64,000 bases of DNA. Origin: Planctomycetota bacterium. Its GTDB lineage: Bacteria; Planctomycetota; MHYJ01; JACPRB01. The translations under genes and the position numbers were made by a program. Of this stretch, positions 41,833-50,482 are shown one piece after another. Each line of letters opens with the position of its first letter. Position 1 is the stretch's first letter. The notes under the pieces were generated by a model. The model made no database searches. It was not told where the DNA came from and worked only from the letters and a program-made list of their open reading frames with translations. The stretch covers positions 24,261-88,260 of the forward strand of contig DASVNH010000241.1 in assembly GCA_036383955.1 (NCBI GenBank), written 5' to 3'.

Positions 41833-41946
41833 GCCACAGAGGCACAGAGACACAGAGACGACCCTTGGGGCGCGTCCCCCCCGCCCCCCCGGGGGGGAGG
41901 GGGGATGCTCCACAAAGCCGCCTCTGTGTCTCTGTGTCTCTGTGGC
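41833..41946. repeat. 114-bp nested palindromic element (CACAGAG-period arms plus C7GC7/G7AG6 core)
   Basis: GCCACAGAGGCACAGAGACACAGAGAC (41833..41859) pairs with GCCTCTGTGTCTCTGTGTCTCTGTGGC (41920..41946). The centre is CCCCCCCGCCCCCCC (41876..41890) abutting GGGGGGGAGGGGGG (41891..41904). Confidence 0.8.
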
Positions 41947-41949
41947 TAA

Positions 41950-44811
41950 TCACTTGGCACCCAGGATCACCAGGCCGCGCGCGCTCGTGCCCACCCAGAT
42001 CGTCTCGAAGGCCACGACCGGCGCCGAGGTCGCCTTCCCGATGTGGTCCTGGTCCTTGAAGTTCCACGGCCACTCGCCCGCCGCCAGGTCGAACGCGGCG
42101 ATCCGCTGCTCCGCGCCCATCACCAGCATGTCCCGCGCGATCGCCGGCGGCACCGGGGACGGGCCCACCGGCAGCTCGTGCAGCGACTTGCCGTCCGCCG
42201 CCGCGAAGATCCGCATCATCGCCTCGCAGGGCACCGCGACCACGCCCTCCGTCGCCGCCGCGTGGGCGATCACGACGTCCTCCAGGTCCTTCGCCCACAG
42301 CAGCGCCCCGTCGGGCAGCGCGCGCGCCTGCAGCGTCGACTTGGCCTTGCCCTGCCCGCGGACCGCCGTGAAGATCCGGCCGCCCGCGACGGCCGGCGCC
42401 GCCAGCGGGGCGCCCTCCACCGTCCAGAGCGCCGCGCCGCCCTCCGCGCTCAGGCACGCGAGGCCGCCGGTCGTCGCCGCCACGATCAGGTCGTGCGCGG
42501 CGGCGGGCGCGCCGAGCAGCGCGCCGCACGGCGCCGTCCAGGACGCGGTCCCGTCGGACGCCCGCAGGCAGCGCAGGCCCCGGTCGGCCGGGACGTAGAG
42601 GCGGTCGCCGTCGAGCGCGACGAACGGCGCGCCGTCGCCGGCCTTGACCGGGCCCCAGAGCGCCCGGCCCGTGGCGGCGTCGAGCGCGCGGACCTCGCCT
42701 CCCGCGAAGACGTAGACGCGCGCGGCGTCGGCCGCCATCGCGGCCACCGCGGGGCTGTCGACCTCCCACACGGCCTTGGACGTCCTTGCGTCGAGCGCGG
42801 CCAGCCGGGTCGCGGGGCCCTGCGCGAACGGGACGAAGACGCGGGTCCCGCACGCGATCACCGGGCCCGAGACGGGCCGCTTCAGGCCCTCGTCCGCGGG
42901 CCACTTGCGTTCGCAGTTGCCGTCGGCGTCCGTCGGGATCGCCGGCAGGCCCCGGTCGTCCGCGAGGCCCAGGCGGTCGGCCCCGCCGCCCGGCCCGCTC
43001 CAGGGGCGGATCGCGACGGCCTCCTCTTCGCCCGGGGCTTCCGCGAGCGCGAGGAAGCCCTTCTTGCTGGTGCCGACCAGGATCTTGTCCGCGGAGGCGA
43101 CGGGCGACGCGATGACGGGCGAGTGGAGCGGGAACGTCCAGCGGATCTTTCCGGCGGCGCGGTCGACGCACAGCAGCTTGCCCGCGTCGGTGGAGACGTA
43201 GACCGCGTCCGCGGTGAGCGACGGCGAGCAGACCATCGGCGCGCCGACCGGGATCTTCTGGAGCAGCTTGCCGTCCTTCACGTCGAGGACGTAGAGACCG
43301 CCGTCGCGCGAGCCCGCGTAGCCCCGGCCGCCGTCGACGGCCACCGCGCCGAGGACGACGTCGCCCGTCGGCAGCGTCCAGGCCGGCTTGCCGTCGGCGA
43401 GCGCGAGCGCGACGATCGCGCCCACCGGATGCGGATCGCTCCGCGTGAAGATGCCGTTGCCCAGGCCGATGAGGACCTTGCCGTCGACGACCGTCGGTGC
43501 CCCGAACGCCGGGTGGGGGACGGGCGTCTTCCAGAGGATCGCGCCCGTCTTCGCGTCCGCGCAGACCACGGCGTTGCCGCCGAGCCCGGAGCCGAAGATG
43601 ACTTTGCCGTCGACGGCCACCGGCGACGACTCGCAGTCGGGGATCCAGGTGGCGATCTCCAGGCGGAAGCCCGAGCCGTCCTTCGTGCGCTTCGCGTCCT
43701 TCGGCGCCTCGACGACCTTCCCGATCACGACCCGCTCGGTCGGCGAGGGGCCGGCGGGCGCGGGCCCGGGCGGCGCCTCCTGGAAGGCGCTCACGCGCAG
43801 GACGTGGATGTTCGCGTCGGCGGATTCGCCGGTGAAGACGCGGGTGGACGCGCCGACGGCCGCGACGGTCTTCCCGACGAGCTTGCCCAGCGCCTCGACG
43901 TGGGGTCCGGCGGCGATCTCGTAGAACGCGTCGCCTTCGATCCGCCACGCGACATTGCCGGCCGCGAGATCGAACGCGTAGAAGCCGTCGTCGCCCGCCC
44001 CGACGAACGCCCGGCCGTCCAGGATCGCGGGGCTGGACTCGACATGGCTCGTGGTCTGGACCCAGGCGTGCAGCGCGGGCGGCCGTTTGCCTCCGGAGGC
44101 CCGGACGGGCTCGAGATTGAGGACGATCAGCCGGCAGTCGCGGTCCTCGTGGTAGCCCTCGCCGGACACGAGGTAGCGCGCGCCCACGGCGGGGGACGCG
44201 AACACCGGCCGCAGCGGCGCCGGCAGCTCGCCCTTGCCGGTCCAGCTCCACGCCCGCCCGCCCGTGTCGAGGTCGATGGCGTGCAGCGCGCCCGAGGCGT
44301 TGCCCATTACCGACGAGACGCCCGAGCCGAAGTAGACGCGGTTGCCGACGACCGCCGGGGACGAATCGACGGCCCCGCCGCCGCCCAGGACGTCGGCCCC
44401 CACCTGCCACACGGCGCGCGGCGGACGTCGGGGGCCGGCCGCGCCGGCCGTCGCGCCCGTCCGCGACGGCCCGCCGCGGAACGCGGTCCAGGCGTCGCCG
44501 GTTTTCTCGGCCGTGACCCCCGCCGTGAAGAGGCGGCCCAGGCCCCAGACGCCCAGCGCGAGGGCGACGACGAGGGCCGCGGAGAGGGCCTTGTGGGCCC
44601 AGAGATAGGCGAAGAGGAGCTTGTAGGTGCGCGGCTTGAACAGCGCGACCACGCCGAGCGCGAACGCCAGGATGAGCTGGGGAAGGATGACGAGGAGGGC
44701 CTGGATGGGTCCGAAGGCCGATGGAATCACCGCCTCGGCATCGCGCGCGGGCAGCAGCAGCGCGAGGAGGAGGGCCGCGGACGTCCAGCGAAGAAGATCG
44801 GAGCGTTTCAC
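41950..44811 (-). CDS. Membrane-anchored protein with multiple PQQ-like beta-propeller repeats
   Basis: GTG start. N-terminal TM helices, then WTAFRGGPSRTG...SSPAVVGNRVYFGSG and many xDGKxxW / GxxYAxD blades, enough for two to three propellers. Confidence 0.8.
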   Translation of the reverse strand: MKRSDLLRWTSAALLLALLLPARDAEAVIPSAFGPIQALLVILPQLILAFALGVVALFKPRTYKLLFAYLWAHKALSAALVVALALGVWGLGRLFTAGVTAEKTGDAWTAFRGGPSRTGATAGAAGPRRPPRAVWQVGADVLGGGGAVDSSPAVVGNRVYFGSGVSSVMGNASGALHAIDLDTGGRAWSWTGKGELPAPLRPVFASPAVGARYLVSGEGYHEDRDCRLIVLNLEPVRASGGKRPPALHAWVQTTSHVESSPAILDGRAFVGAGDDGFYAFDLAAGNVAWRIEGDAFYEIAAGPHVEALGKLVGKTVAAVGASTRVFTGESADANIHVLRVSAFQEAPPGPAPAGPSPTERVVIGKVVEAPKDAKRTKDGSGFRLEIATWIPDCESSPVAVDGKVIFGSGLGGNAVVCADAKTGAILWKTPVPHPAFGAPTVVDGKVLIGLGNGIFTRSDPHPVGAIVALALADGKPAWTLPTGDVVLGAVAVDGGRGYAGSRDGGLYVLDVKDGKLLQKIPVGAPMVCSPSLTADAVYVSTDAGKLLCVDRAAGKIRWTFPLHSPVIASPVASADKILVGTSKKGFLALAEAPGEEEAVAIRPWSGPGGGADRLGLADDRGLPAIPTDADGNCERKWPADEGLKRPVSGPVIACGTRVFVPFAQGPATRLAALDARTSKAVWEVDSPAVAAMAADAARVYVFAGGEVRALDAATGRALWGPVKAGDGAPFVALDGDRLYVPADRGLRCLRASDGTASWTAPCGALLGAPAAAHDLIVAATTGGLACLSAEGGAALWTVEGAPLAAPAVAGGRIFTAVRGQGKAKSTLQARALPDGALLWAKDLEDVVIAHAAATEGVVAVPCEAMMRIFAAADGKSLHELPVGPSPVPPAIARDMLVMGAEQRIAAFDLAAGEWPWNFKDQDHIGKATSAPVVAFETIWVGTSARGLVILGAK

Positions 44812-44955
44812 GAAGTCGGTGTCGAATAGCCAGGACCGCCGGAGATGTTACCAGAAGCGGGCCGCGTCATGGAGGTAAGTGCGCGGGAGGGGCCCCCGGT
44901 TACACCCGGGATGTGATAGATTCAGTTAGATAATTAGTTGAACGGACCGGGGGGC

Positions 44956-47900
44956 ATGGGCCAGGAAATCGTCTACTGTTTCAAGTGCCTCACCCGCTTG
45001 ATCGGCGGCGACTTCGAGAAGGGCAAGGCGTTCCGTTACGGGCCGCGCGTCTCCTGCAAGGCCTGCCTCCCCCACCTCCTTCAGGAACTCAGCCCCGCCG
45101 AGCAGGAAGAGTTCGTCCGGGCGTCCAAGCCGGCCGACTCGCCCTCTTCGACCCGGATCCCCCTCACGCCGAGGCCGTCGACGACCCGCCGCCGCGGCGA
45201 GGGCGACGTCCCGAAAGGGAAGGGCATGGCGCTGGGCATCGGCCTGGGCGCCGGCGCGGCGCTCGTGCTCGTGGTCGGCCTGATCCTCCTGCGGACGCCC
45301 CCGCCGCCTCCGCCGCCGCCCGACCCCCCGAAAATCGCGGATCCCGCGCCCTCGACCGAAGGCGAAGCGCTGCGGACCGCCCGGCGGGCCGTCGAGAAGG
45401 CGCGCGACCCGTCGGTCACGGATCCCGCCGTCCGCCTGGCCCTGTGGTCGGAGGCGGCCCGGCTGGCGCGGGGCACGCCGCTGTACGAGGAAGCGCTCGA
45501 CGGCGAGCGGGAGCTGATCGAGCGGCGCGCGGCCGCGCGCGAAAAGGAGCTCGCCGAGCTGGACGAAGTCGCGCGTCCTCTGGCGACGGCGGGCGAGCCC
45601 GCCAAGGCGGCCGCCGTGTACGAGGCGGCCCGGGGCCGGCACGCGGACGCGGAATGGGCGGCCGCCCTGTCGGAAAAAACGGCCGCGCTCCGGCGGGACG
45701 CGGCGGAGACCGGGCGGCGCCTGACGGCGGACGCGGTCGAGGCGGCGCGGAAGGGCGACGCGGCGGGCGCGCGGGCCGCGGAGGAGGCGGTCGCGCGCCT
45801 GGGCTATCCGGAGCCGCTGGCGGAGTTCCGCGCGGCGCTGGCCGCGGTGAAGCCGGCGGAGAAGCCGCCCGCGCCGCGTCCCGCGACCGCGGAGGAGAAG
45901 GCCTATCGCGAGGCCTGGATCAAGCTGGCCCCGCGGACCGCCGCGCGCGATTTCGAGGGGGCGGAGGCCGAGCTGACGAAGATCGCGGCCGAGCTGAAGG
46001 AAGAGCTCCCGAAGCTCGACGCCAAGCGGGACCTCGAGGATCTCGTCCGCCTGCGCGAGCTGTACGCGGAGCTCGGCCGGGCGGCCGAGCGGCTGCCGGC
46101 GGGCAAGGATCTCTCCCTGGAAGTCTTCAACGACAACGGCGCGCGCGTGAAGATTAGCGGCAAGGTGGCGAAGGCCTGGCCCGGCCGGGTCGAGCTCGCC
46201 GGCGAGCCGACGACCTTCGTGGAGCTCGAGGATCTCTGCGCCGGGGCGGTCGCCGACGTCCTCGCCCTGACGCGGAAGCTCGCGTGGACGGACTCCCGCG
46301 CGCTCGCCCTGCTCTGCGCGGCCGAGGGCGACGGGACGCGCGCCCTCCGCCTCGCCACGACGCTCCCCGAGCGGGTCCGCTCTCTCGTGAAGGACGGCGC
46401 GGCGCGCGTGCCCAAGCGGACGGAGAAGGAGCGGGAGGCCCGGAAGGCCTTCTACGAGGCGGAGCGCGCCTACCGCGACGGCTCGAGCCGCGCGGAGGCC
46501 GTCGCCCTCTACCGGAAGCTCGCGGCCGAGTTCGCGGACGCCGCGATCGTGAAGGGGGACGCCGACCTCGTCCGCCGCCGGGCGGAGGAGGGCCGCGAGG
46601 CGTTCCTCGGCCCCGGCGCGCTCAAGGCGGGCGGCACGTTCAAGCCGGCGAAGGACGAGAAACTGGGCTCCGTCTGGACGTCGTCGGACGACAGCGATCC
46701 GGCGAAGGCCGTCGCGAACTTCCTCGAGTTCGAGTTCCTGGCGGTCGCGGATTCCGCCTACAAGGCCTGGGTCTACGCGGGCGGCTGCTGCGGGGAAGTG
46801 TTCGGCTTCAGCCTGCAGGCGACGGACCTCGCCGGACCCAAGGCGGCGTCCGCGGCGCCCGGCGGCGAGGCGTGGGTCCCCGTGCGGCACGGCGTGAGCT
46901 CCGTCAAGCCGAAGCACGAGGACCACATGGGGCCGAAGTCGCCCAAGAAGTGGGCCTGGGTGCCGCTGCCGCTCCCGAAGTTCGCGGCGGGCGGGCTCAA
47001 GCGCGTGCGCGTCCTCACGAACCAGAAAGGCTTCTCGGTCGGCTGCGCGTTCGTGTCCTCCCAGAAAGCCACCCCGCCCGGCGAGGCCGACCTCCGCGAG
47101 CGGCTGGGCCGCGGGAAGGACGCGGATCCGTCGCTCGTCGCGTGGTGGCGGATGGACGAGCCGGGCGTCGAGTCGAGCGGCCAGGGCCCGATGCTCCTCA
47201 TGAAGGGGGCCGTCGAGTGGCTCAAGGACGGCAAGCTCGGCGGCGCGGTGAAGGTCGGCGCGGCCGGCCAGCTGGAGGCCCCCCATCGGCCCGCGCTGAA
47301 CGGGTTCCCGCTCACGGTGAGCGCGTGGGCGCGGACGACCGCCGTCGGCGACAAGGGGGGCGTGGTCTGCAAGTACCTGGCCGGGTCCAACAACGGGTGG
47401 AATCTCCACCTGCTCAAGGGCGAGATCAAGGCGTGGTACTTCCGGAGCGCGACCAACAAGGTCATGGAATCCCCGGACGGCGTCGGCGGCGGGCCGATCA
47501 ACGACGGCGCCTGGCACCACGTGGTCTTCGTGGTCGACGCGGACGGGGGAAGGCTCTTCGTCGACGGCGTCCGCAAGGGCGCCGCGCCCTGGTTGGGGCC
47601 GCCGGGGCCGGCGACGACGACGCAGCCGCTGTCCATCGGGGTCTTTCCGGTGTCCACCGGCTCCCGCATGTTCGAGGGGAGCGTCGACGACGTCCGGATC
47701 TACGCGCGGGGGCTGAGCGACGCCGAGGTCATGGCGCTGTACACGGCATCGGGTGGCACGCCGGAGGAGAGCCGTCCCTGGACGGCGATGTTCGACGGAA
47801 AGCCGGGCTTTCTCAGCAACGACAGCGAAAAGACGTGGAAGATCGAGGACGGCGCGCTGGTCCGGGCGTCCGACTCGATGGACGCGGGACAGAGCCGCCT

Positions 47901-48195
47901 GGATATCGGGGACGGCGAGTTCCGGATGCGGGTGGAGGCGGCGGGGCTGTCGCGGATCGCCGTGTCCGTGCGGCAAGGCGTGGACGGGAGGTACACCGCG
48001 GAGATCAAAGGCCCGATCTCCGACGGACCGCACGAGATCGTGTTCACCTGCGCGGGCGACGACGTCAAAGCCACCGTCGACGGGAAGGCGGCGACGGTCG
48101 AACCCATCGGCCGGCCCCGCCGCGGCCGCATCCAGATCGCCTTCAACGGGAAGTCGTTGCGGATCCTGTCGGTCGAGCAGCGCCCGCTGCCCTGA
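44956..48195 (+). CDS. Zinc-ribbon / single-TM / large ectodomain protein with LamG and DUF1080-like C-terminal domains
   Basis: MGQEIVYCFKCLTRL...VSCKACL (two CxxC). TM segment MALGIGLGAGAALVLVVGLILL plus a poly-Pro stretch. LamG (LVAWWRMDE..LTVSAWAR..GAWHHVVFVVD..GSVDDVRIYARGL). C-terminal DUF1080-like region (WTAMFDGK..W.IEDGAL...). The track start TTG 44938 is an alternative. Confidence 0.8.
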   Translation: MGQEIVYCFKCLTRLIGGDFEKGKAFRYGPRVSCKACLPHLLQELSPAEQEEFVRASKPADSPSSTRIPLTPRPSTTRRRGEGDVPKGKGMALGIGLGAGAALVLVVGLILLRTPPPPPPPPDPPKIADPAPSTEGEALRTARRAVEKARDPSVTDPAVRLALWSEAARLARGTPLYEEALDGERELIERRAAAREKELAELDEVARPLATAGEPAKAAAVYEAARGRHADAEWAAALSEKTAALRRDAAETGRRLTADAVEAARKGDAAGARAAEEAVARLGYPEPLAEFRAALAAVKPAEKPPAPRPATAEEKAYREAWIKLAPRTAARDFEGAEAELTKIAAELKEELPKLDAKRDLEDLVRLRELYAELGRAAERLPAGKDLSLEVFNDNGARVKISGKVAKAWPGRVELAGEPTTFVELEDLCAGAVADVLALTRKLAWTDSRALALLCAAEGDGTRALRLATTLPERVRSLVKDGAARVPKRTEKEREARKAFYEAERAYRDGSSRAEAVALYRKLAAEFADAAIVKGDADLVRRRAEEGREAFLGPGALKAGGTFKPAKDEKLGSVWTSSDDSDPAKAVANFLEFEFLAVADSAYKAWVYAGGCCGEVFGFSLQATDLAGPKAASAAPGGEAWVPVRHGVSSVKPKHEDHMGPKSPKKWAWVPLPLPKFAAGGLKRVRVLTNQKGFSVGCAFVSSQKATPPGEADLRERLGRGKDADPSLVAWWRMDEPGVESSGQGPMLLMKGAVEWLKDGKLGGAVKVGAAGQLEAPHRPALNGFPLTVSAWARTTAVGDKGGVVCKYLAGSNNGWNLHLLKGEIKAWYFRSATNKVMESPDGVGGGPINDGAWHHVVFVVDADGGRLFVDGVRKGAAPWLGPPGPATTTQPLSIGVFPVSTGSRMFEGSVDDVRIYARGLSDAEVMALYTASGGTPEESRPWTAMFDGKPGFLSNDSEKTWKIEDGALVRASDSMDAGQSRLDIGDGEFRMRVEAAGLSRIAVSVRQGVDGRYTAEIKGPISDGPHEIVFTCAGDDVKATVDGKAATVEPIGRPRRGRIQIAFNGKSLRILSVEQRPLP

Positions 48196-48201
48196 CGGAA
48201 A

Positions 48202-48300
48202 TCCCAAACCCCAACTCCCAACGTGCGCGGGATCTACAAGGACTCGAGGTTCCCATCCCGCCTGGAAAACGTGTCAGGCCTTGGGAGTTGGGGTTTGGGA
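48202..48300. repeat. Perfect 20-bp inverted repeat between convergent genes (REP-like / bidirectional terminator candidate)
   Basis: TCCCAAACCCCAACTCCCAA (48202..48221) and TTGGGAGTTGGGGTTTGGGA (48281..48300) are exact reverse complements, separated by 59 nt. An extra GTTGGGAG unit follows at 48301..48308. Confidence 0.75.
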
Positions 48301-48314
48301 GTTGGGAGTTTCCC

Positions 48315-49658
48315 TCAGGCCGACTTCCAGGGCCCCGTCACGGCCAGCGTGACGCCCGGGCGCTGGATGTTGAAGAAGAACGTCGTGCCGTCCGGGGAAA
48401 AGCAGCCGCCCGCGACCTCGCAGGTGTTGTAGACGTTCTCGGCGAACGTGTAGAGCTCACCCTTCGGCGTGACCGCCACGATCCGCTGCCAGCCCGGGCC
48501 GTCCTCGCAGAGAAAGAGGTCGCCCCACGGCGCGATCGTCACGTTGTCGCAGTTCTCCAGCAGGTCCGCGTCGCCCGGCTCACAGAACAGCTCCAGCGTC
48601 TCCGGACGGTAGCGCCAGACCTGGCCCTTCCGCGCCGCTCCGCCGGCCGTCGCGCAGAAGTAGATCCCGTCCGCGCCGGTCCAGATCCCCTCGCCGCGGT
48701 CGAAGGTCGCCGCGCCCGCCCGGGCGCCGCGGCGGCGCAGGTCGTCGTTCGGGGCGTCGACTCCGTCGAGGTCGATCCACGCGACCTCCGCCGTCTCCCC
48801 CGCGCGCATCCCGCGGGTCGTGGGTCGGCCCGGGAGGGCAAGCGCCTGGAGCCGTCCGCCCTTCCGGAGCTCGCCCGGGACGCTCGGCGTGAAGCGGTAG
48901 AGGAGGCCGTCGGGGCGATCCTCGGTGAGGAGCACCGCGCCGGAGACGGGTTCTACGGCCGCCGCCTCGTGGTTGAAGCGGCCCATGGCCTTGAGGGGGA
49001 TCGGGTCGGCGAGGCCGATCGTGCCGGAGGCGGGGACCTCGAAGACGTAGCCGTGGTCGCGTTCGACGAGGCCGCTCGCCCGTCGGGTGTCCTCCTCGCA
49101 GGAGAGCCAGGAGTTCCAGGGCGTCGGGCCGCCCGCGCAGTTGCGCCAGGTGCCGGCGAGGCTGAGGAAGTGCCGCTCGAGGCGGCGCGCGCGGGTGTCG
49201 TAGACGAGCGTCGTGGTGCCGCCCTGGCCGGGATAGCGGCCGCCGCCGGCGTCGTAGAGGCGGGACGGGGGGATCTTTCCCAGCCCCTCGAGGCCGGAGC
49301 CGAAGGGGCCGACCGCGGCTTGGCGTCCTTCCAGCTCGTGGTTGCGGACGAGGAGGGTGCGGCCGTCCGGGCCGGGAAAGGCGCCCATGCCGTCGTGGTG
49401 CCCGGGAACCCGCAGGCCGTCGTCCATGGTCTCGCCGGCCCGCGAGATCGCGGCGCAGCTGAAGCCCTCGGGAAGGGCGAGGTAGCCCAGGGGCTCGGCG
49501 CGGAGGCGGCCGTAGCGCTTCGACATCCCCGGCGCGGGCGCGGACAGGGCGTGGCGCAGGCCCAGGAAGCCGGCGGTGACGCCGGCGCCGCCGGCCAGCC
49601 AGGCGCGCCGCGAGATTTTCAAGCGGCTCAGGATAAGGCATGCGGGACCCGCCCGCAA
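48315..49658 (-). CDS. PhoX-like / DUF839 secreted phosphatase with Tat signal
   Basis: Motifs SRRAWLAGGAG, LVRNHE, RNCAGGPTPWNSWLSCEE, HGYVFEV, GRFNHEAAAV, LTEDRPDG, CDNVTIAPWGDLFLCEDG, FSPDGTTFFFNIQ. An alternative start is TTG 49622, giving (M)KISRRAWL. Confidence 0.8.
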   Translation of the reverse strand: MRAGPACLILSRLKISRRAWLAGGAGVTAGFLGLRHALSAPAPGMSKRYGRLRAEPLGYLALPEGFSCAAISRAGETMDDGLRVPGHHDGMGAFPGPDGRTLLVRNHELEGRQAAVGPFGSGLEGLGKIPPSRLYDAGGGRYPGQGGTTTLVYDTRARRLERHFLSLAGTWRNCAGGPTPWNSWLSCEEDTRRASGLVERDHGYVFEVPASGTIGLADPIPLKAMGRFNHEAAAVEPVSGAVLLTEDRPDGLLYRFTPSVPGELRKGGRLQALALPGRPTTRGMRAGETAEVAWIDLDGVDAPNDDLRRRGARAGAATFDRGEGIWTGADGIYFCATAGGAARKGQVWRYRPETLELFCEPGDADLLENCDNVTIAPWGDLFLCEDGPGWQRIVAVTPKGELYTFAENVYNTCEVAGGCFSPDGTTFFFNIQRPGVTLAVTGPWKSA

Positions 49659-50482
49659 CGTTCCCCGGAAGGGCGGATCGACCTCGTGTGGAAGCGCACG
49701 AAGTGTCGCGCGCGAGCCCGTCGCGGCGGGGCGGGCCGAATCTCGTCCGCGTGGCGGCCGTCGCGGACCTCCACTGCACGCGCCGTTCGCGGGGGGTGCT
49801 GGAGCCGCTCTTCGCGCGGATGGCGGAGGACGCCGACCTGATCCTGCTGGGGGGCGACCTCACCGACTACGGCCTGCCGGAGGAAGCCCGGATCCTGGCG
49901 GCCGAGCTGAAGGCGATCGCGCCGCGGCCGGTGATCGCCGTCCTGGGCAATCACGACTACGAGTCCGGGCGGGAAAAGGAAGTGATGGAGATCCTCGCGG
50001 CGGGGGGCGCGCGCGTCCTCGACGGCGACGCCTGCGAGGTCCTCGGCGTGGGCGTCGCGGGGGTCAAAGGCTTTCTCGGCGGCTTCGGCGAGCGGATGCT
50101 GCAGTCCTGGGGAGAGGCGGCCACGAAGGCGATCGTGCGCGAGGACATGGACCAGGCCTTGAAGCTGGAGACCGCGCTGGCCCGGCTCAAGACGCCCACG
50201 CGGATCGTCCTCCTGCACTACTCGCCCATCCGCGCCACCCTCGAGGGCGAGCCGCCCGAGATCATCCCCTTCCTGGGGTCGAGCCGCCTCGAAGAGCCCA
50301 TGCACCGCCACCCCGTGGCGGCGGTGTTCCACGGCCACGCCCACTACGGCTCGCTCGAGGGCGCCACCTCGAACGGCATCCCGGTCTACAACGTCGCGCT
50401 TCCCCTGCTCAAGCGGCGACGTCCGGACGCCCCCGCGTTCCGGTCGCTGGAGGTCGTCGCGGGACCCGCGCATGGAGACTAA
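49640..50482 (+). CDS. Calcineurin-like metallophosphoesterase
   Basis: Motifs VADLHC, LGGDLTDYG, VLGNHDYE, VLLHYSP, VFHGHAHYG. The start is uncertain: ATG 49640 overlaps the divergent gene, and in-frame GTGs occur at 49688, 49703 and 49751. Confidence 0.75.
   Translation: MRDPPATFPGRADRPRVEAHEVSRASPSRRGGPNLVRVAAVADLHCTRRSRGVLEPLFARMAEDADLILLGGDLTDYGLPEEARILAAELKAIAPRPVIAVLGNHDYESGREKEVMEILAAGGARVLDGDACEVLGVGVAGVKGFLGGFGERMLQSWGEAATKAIVREDMDQALKLETALARLKTPTRIVLLHYSPIRATLEGEPPEIIPFLGSSRLEEPMHRHPVAAVFHGHAHYGSLEGATSNGIPVYNVALPLLKRRRPDAPAFRSLEVVAGPAHGD

Noticed and set aside
41876-41904. G-quadruplex / i-motif at the C7GC7-G7AG6 core
   Set aside because: Each strand has only two G-runs (or two C-runs), too few for an intramolecular quadruplex. 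A simple hairpin or cruciform explains the symmetry.
41817-41915. N-terminal extension MWSIPPPPRGGGGDAPQGSSLCLCASVANSVRT of the phosphotransferase ORF
   Set aside because: It is simply the translation of the palindromic repeat (C/G homopolymers and CACAGAG units). The start was moved to Met 41816.
41833-41946. Possibility that the CACAGAG-type repeats (here and at 20245..20272) represent a CRISPR array
   Set aside because: The repeats are inverted rather than direct. The units are 7-8 nt with no spacers of 25-40 nt. There are only two loci and no cas genes.
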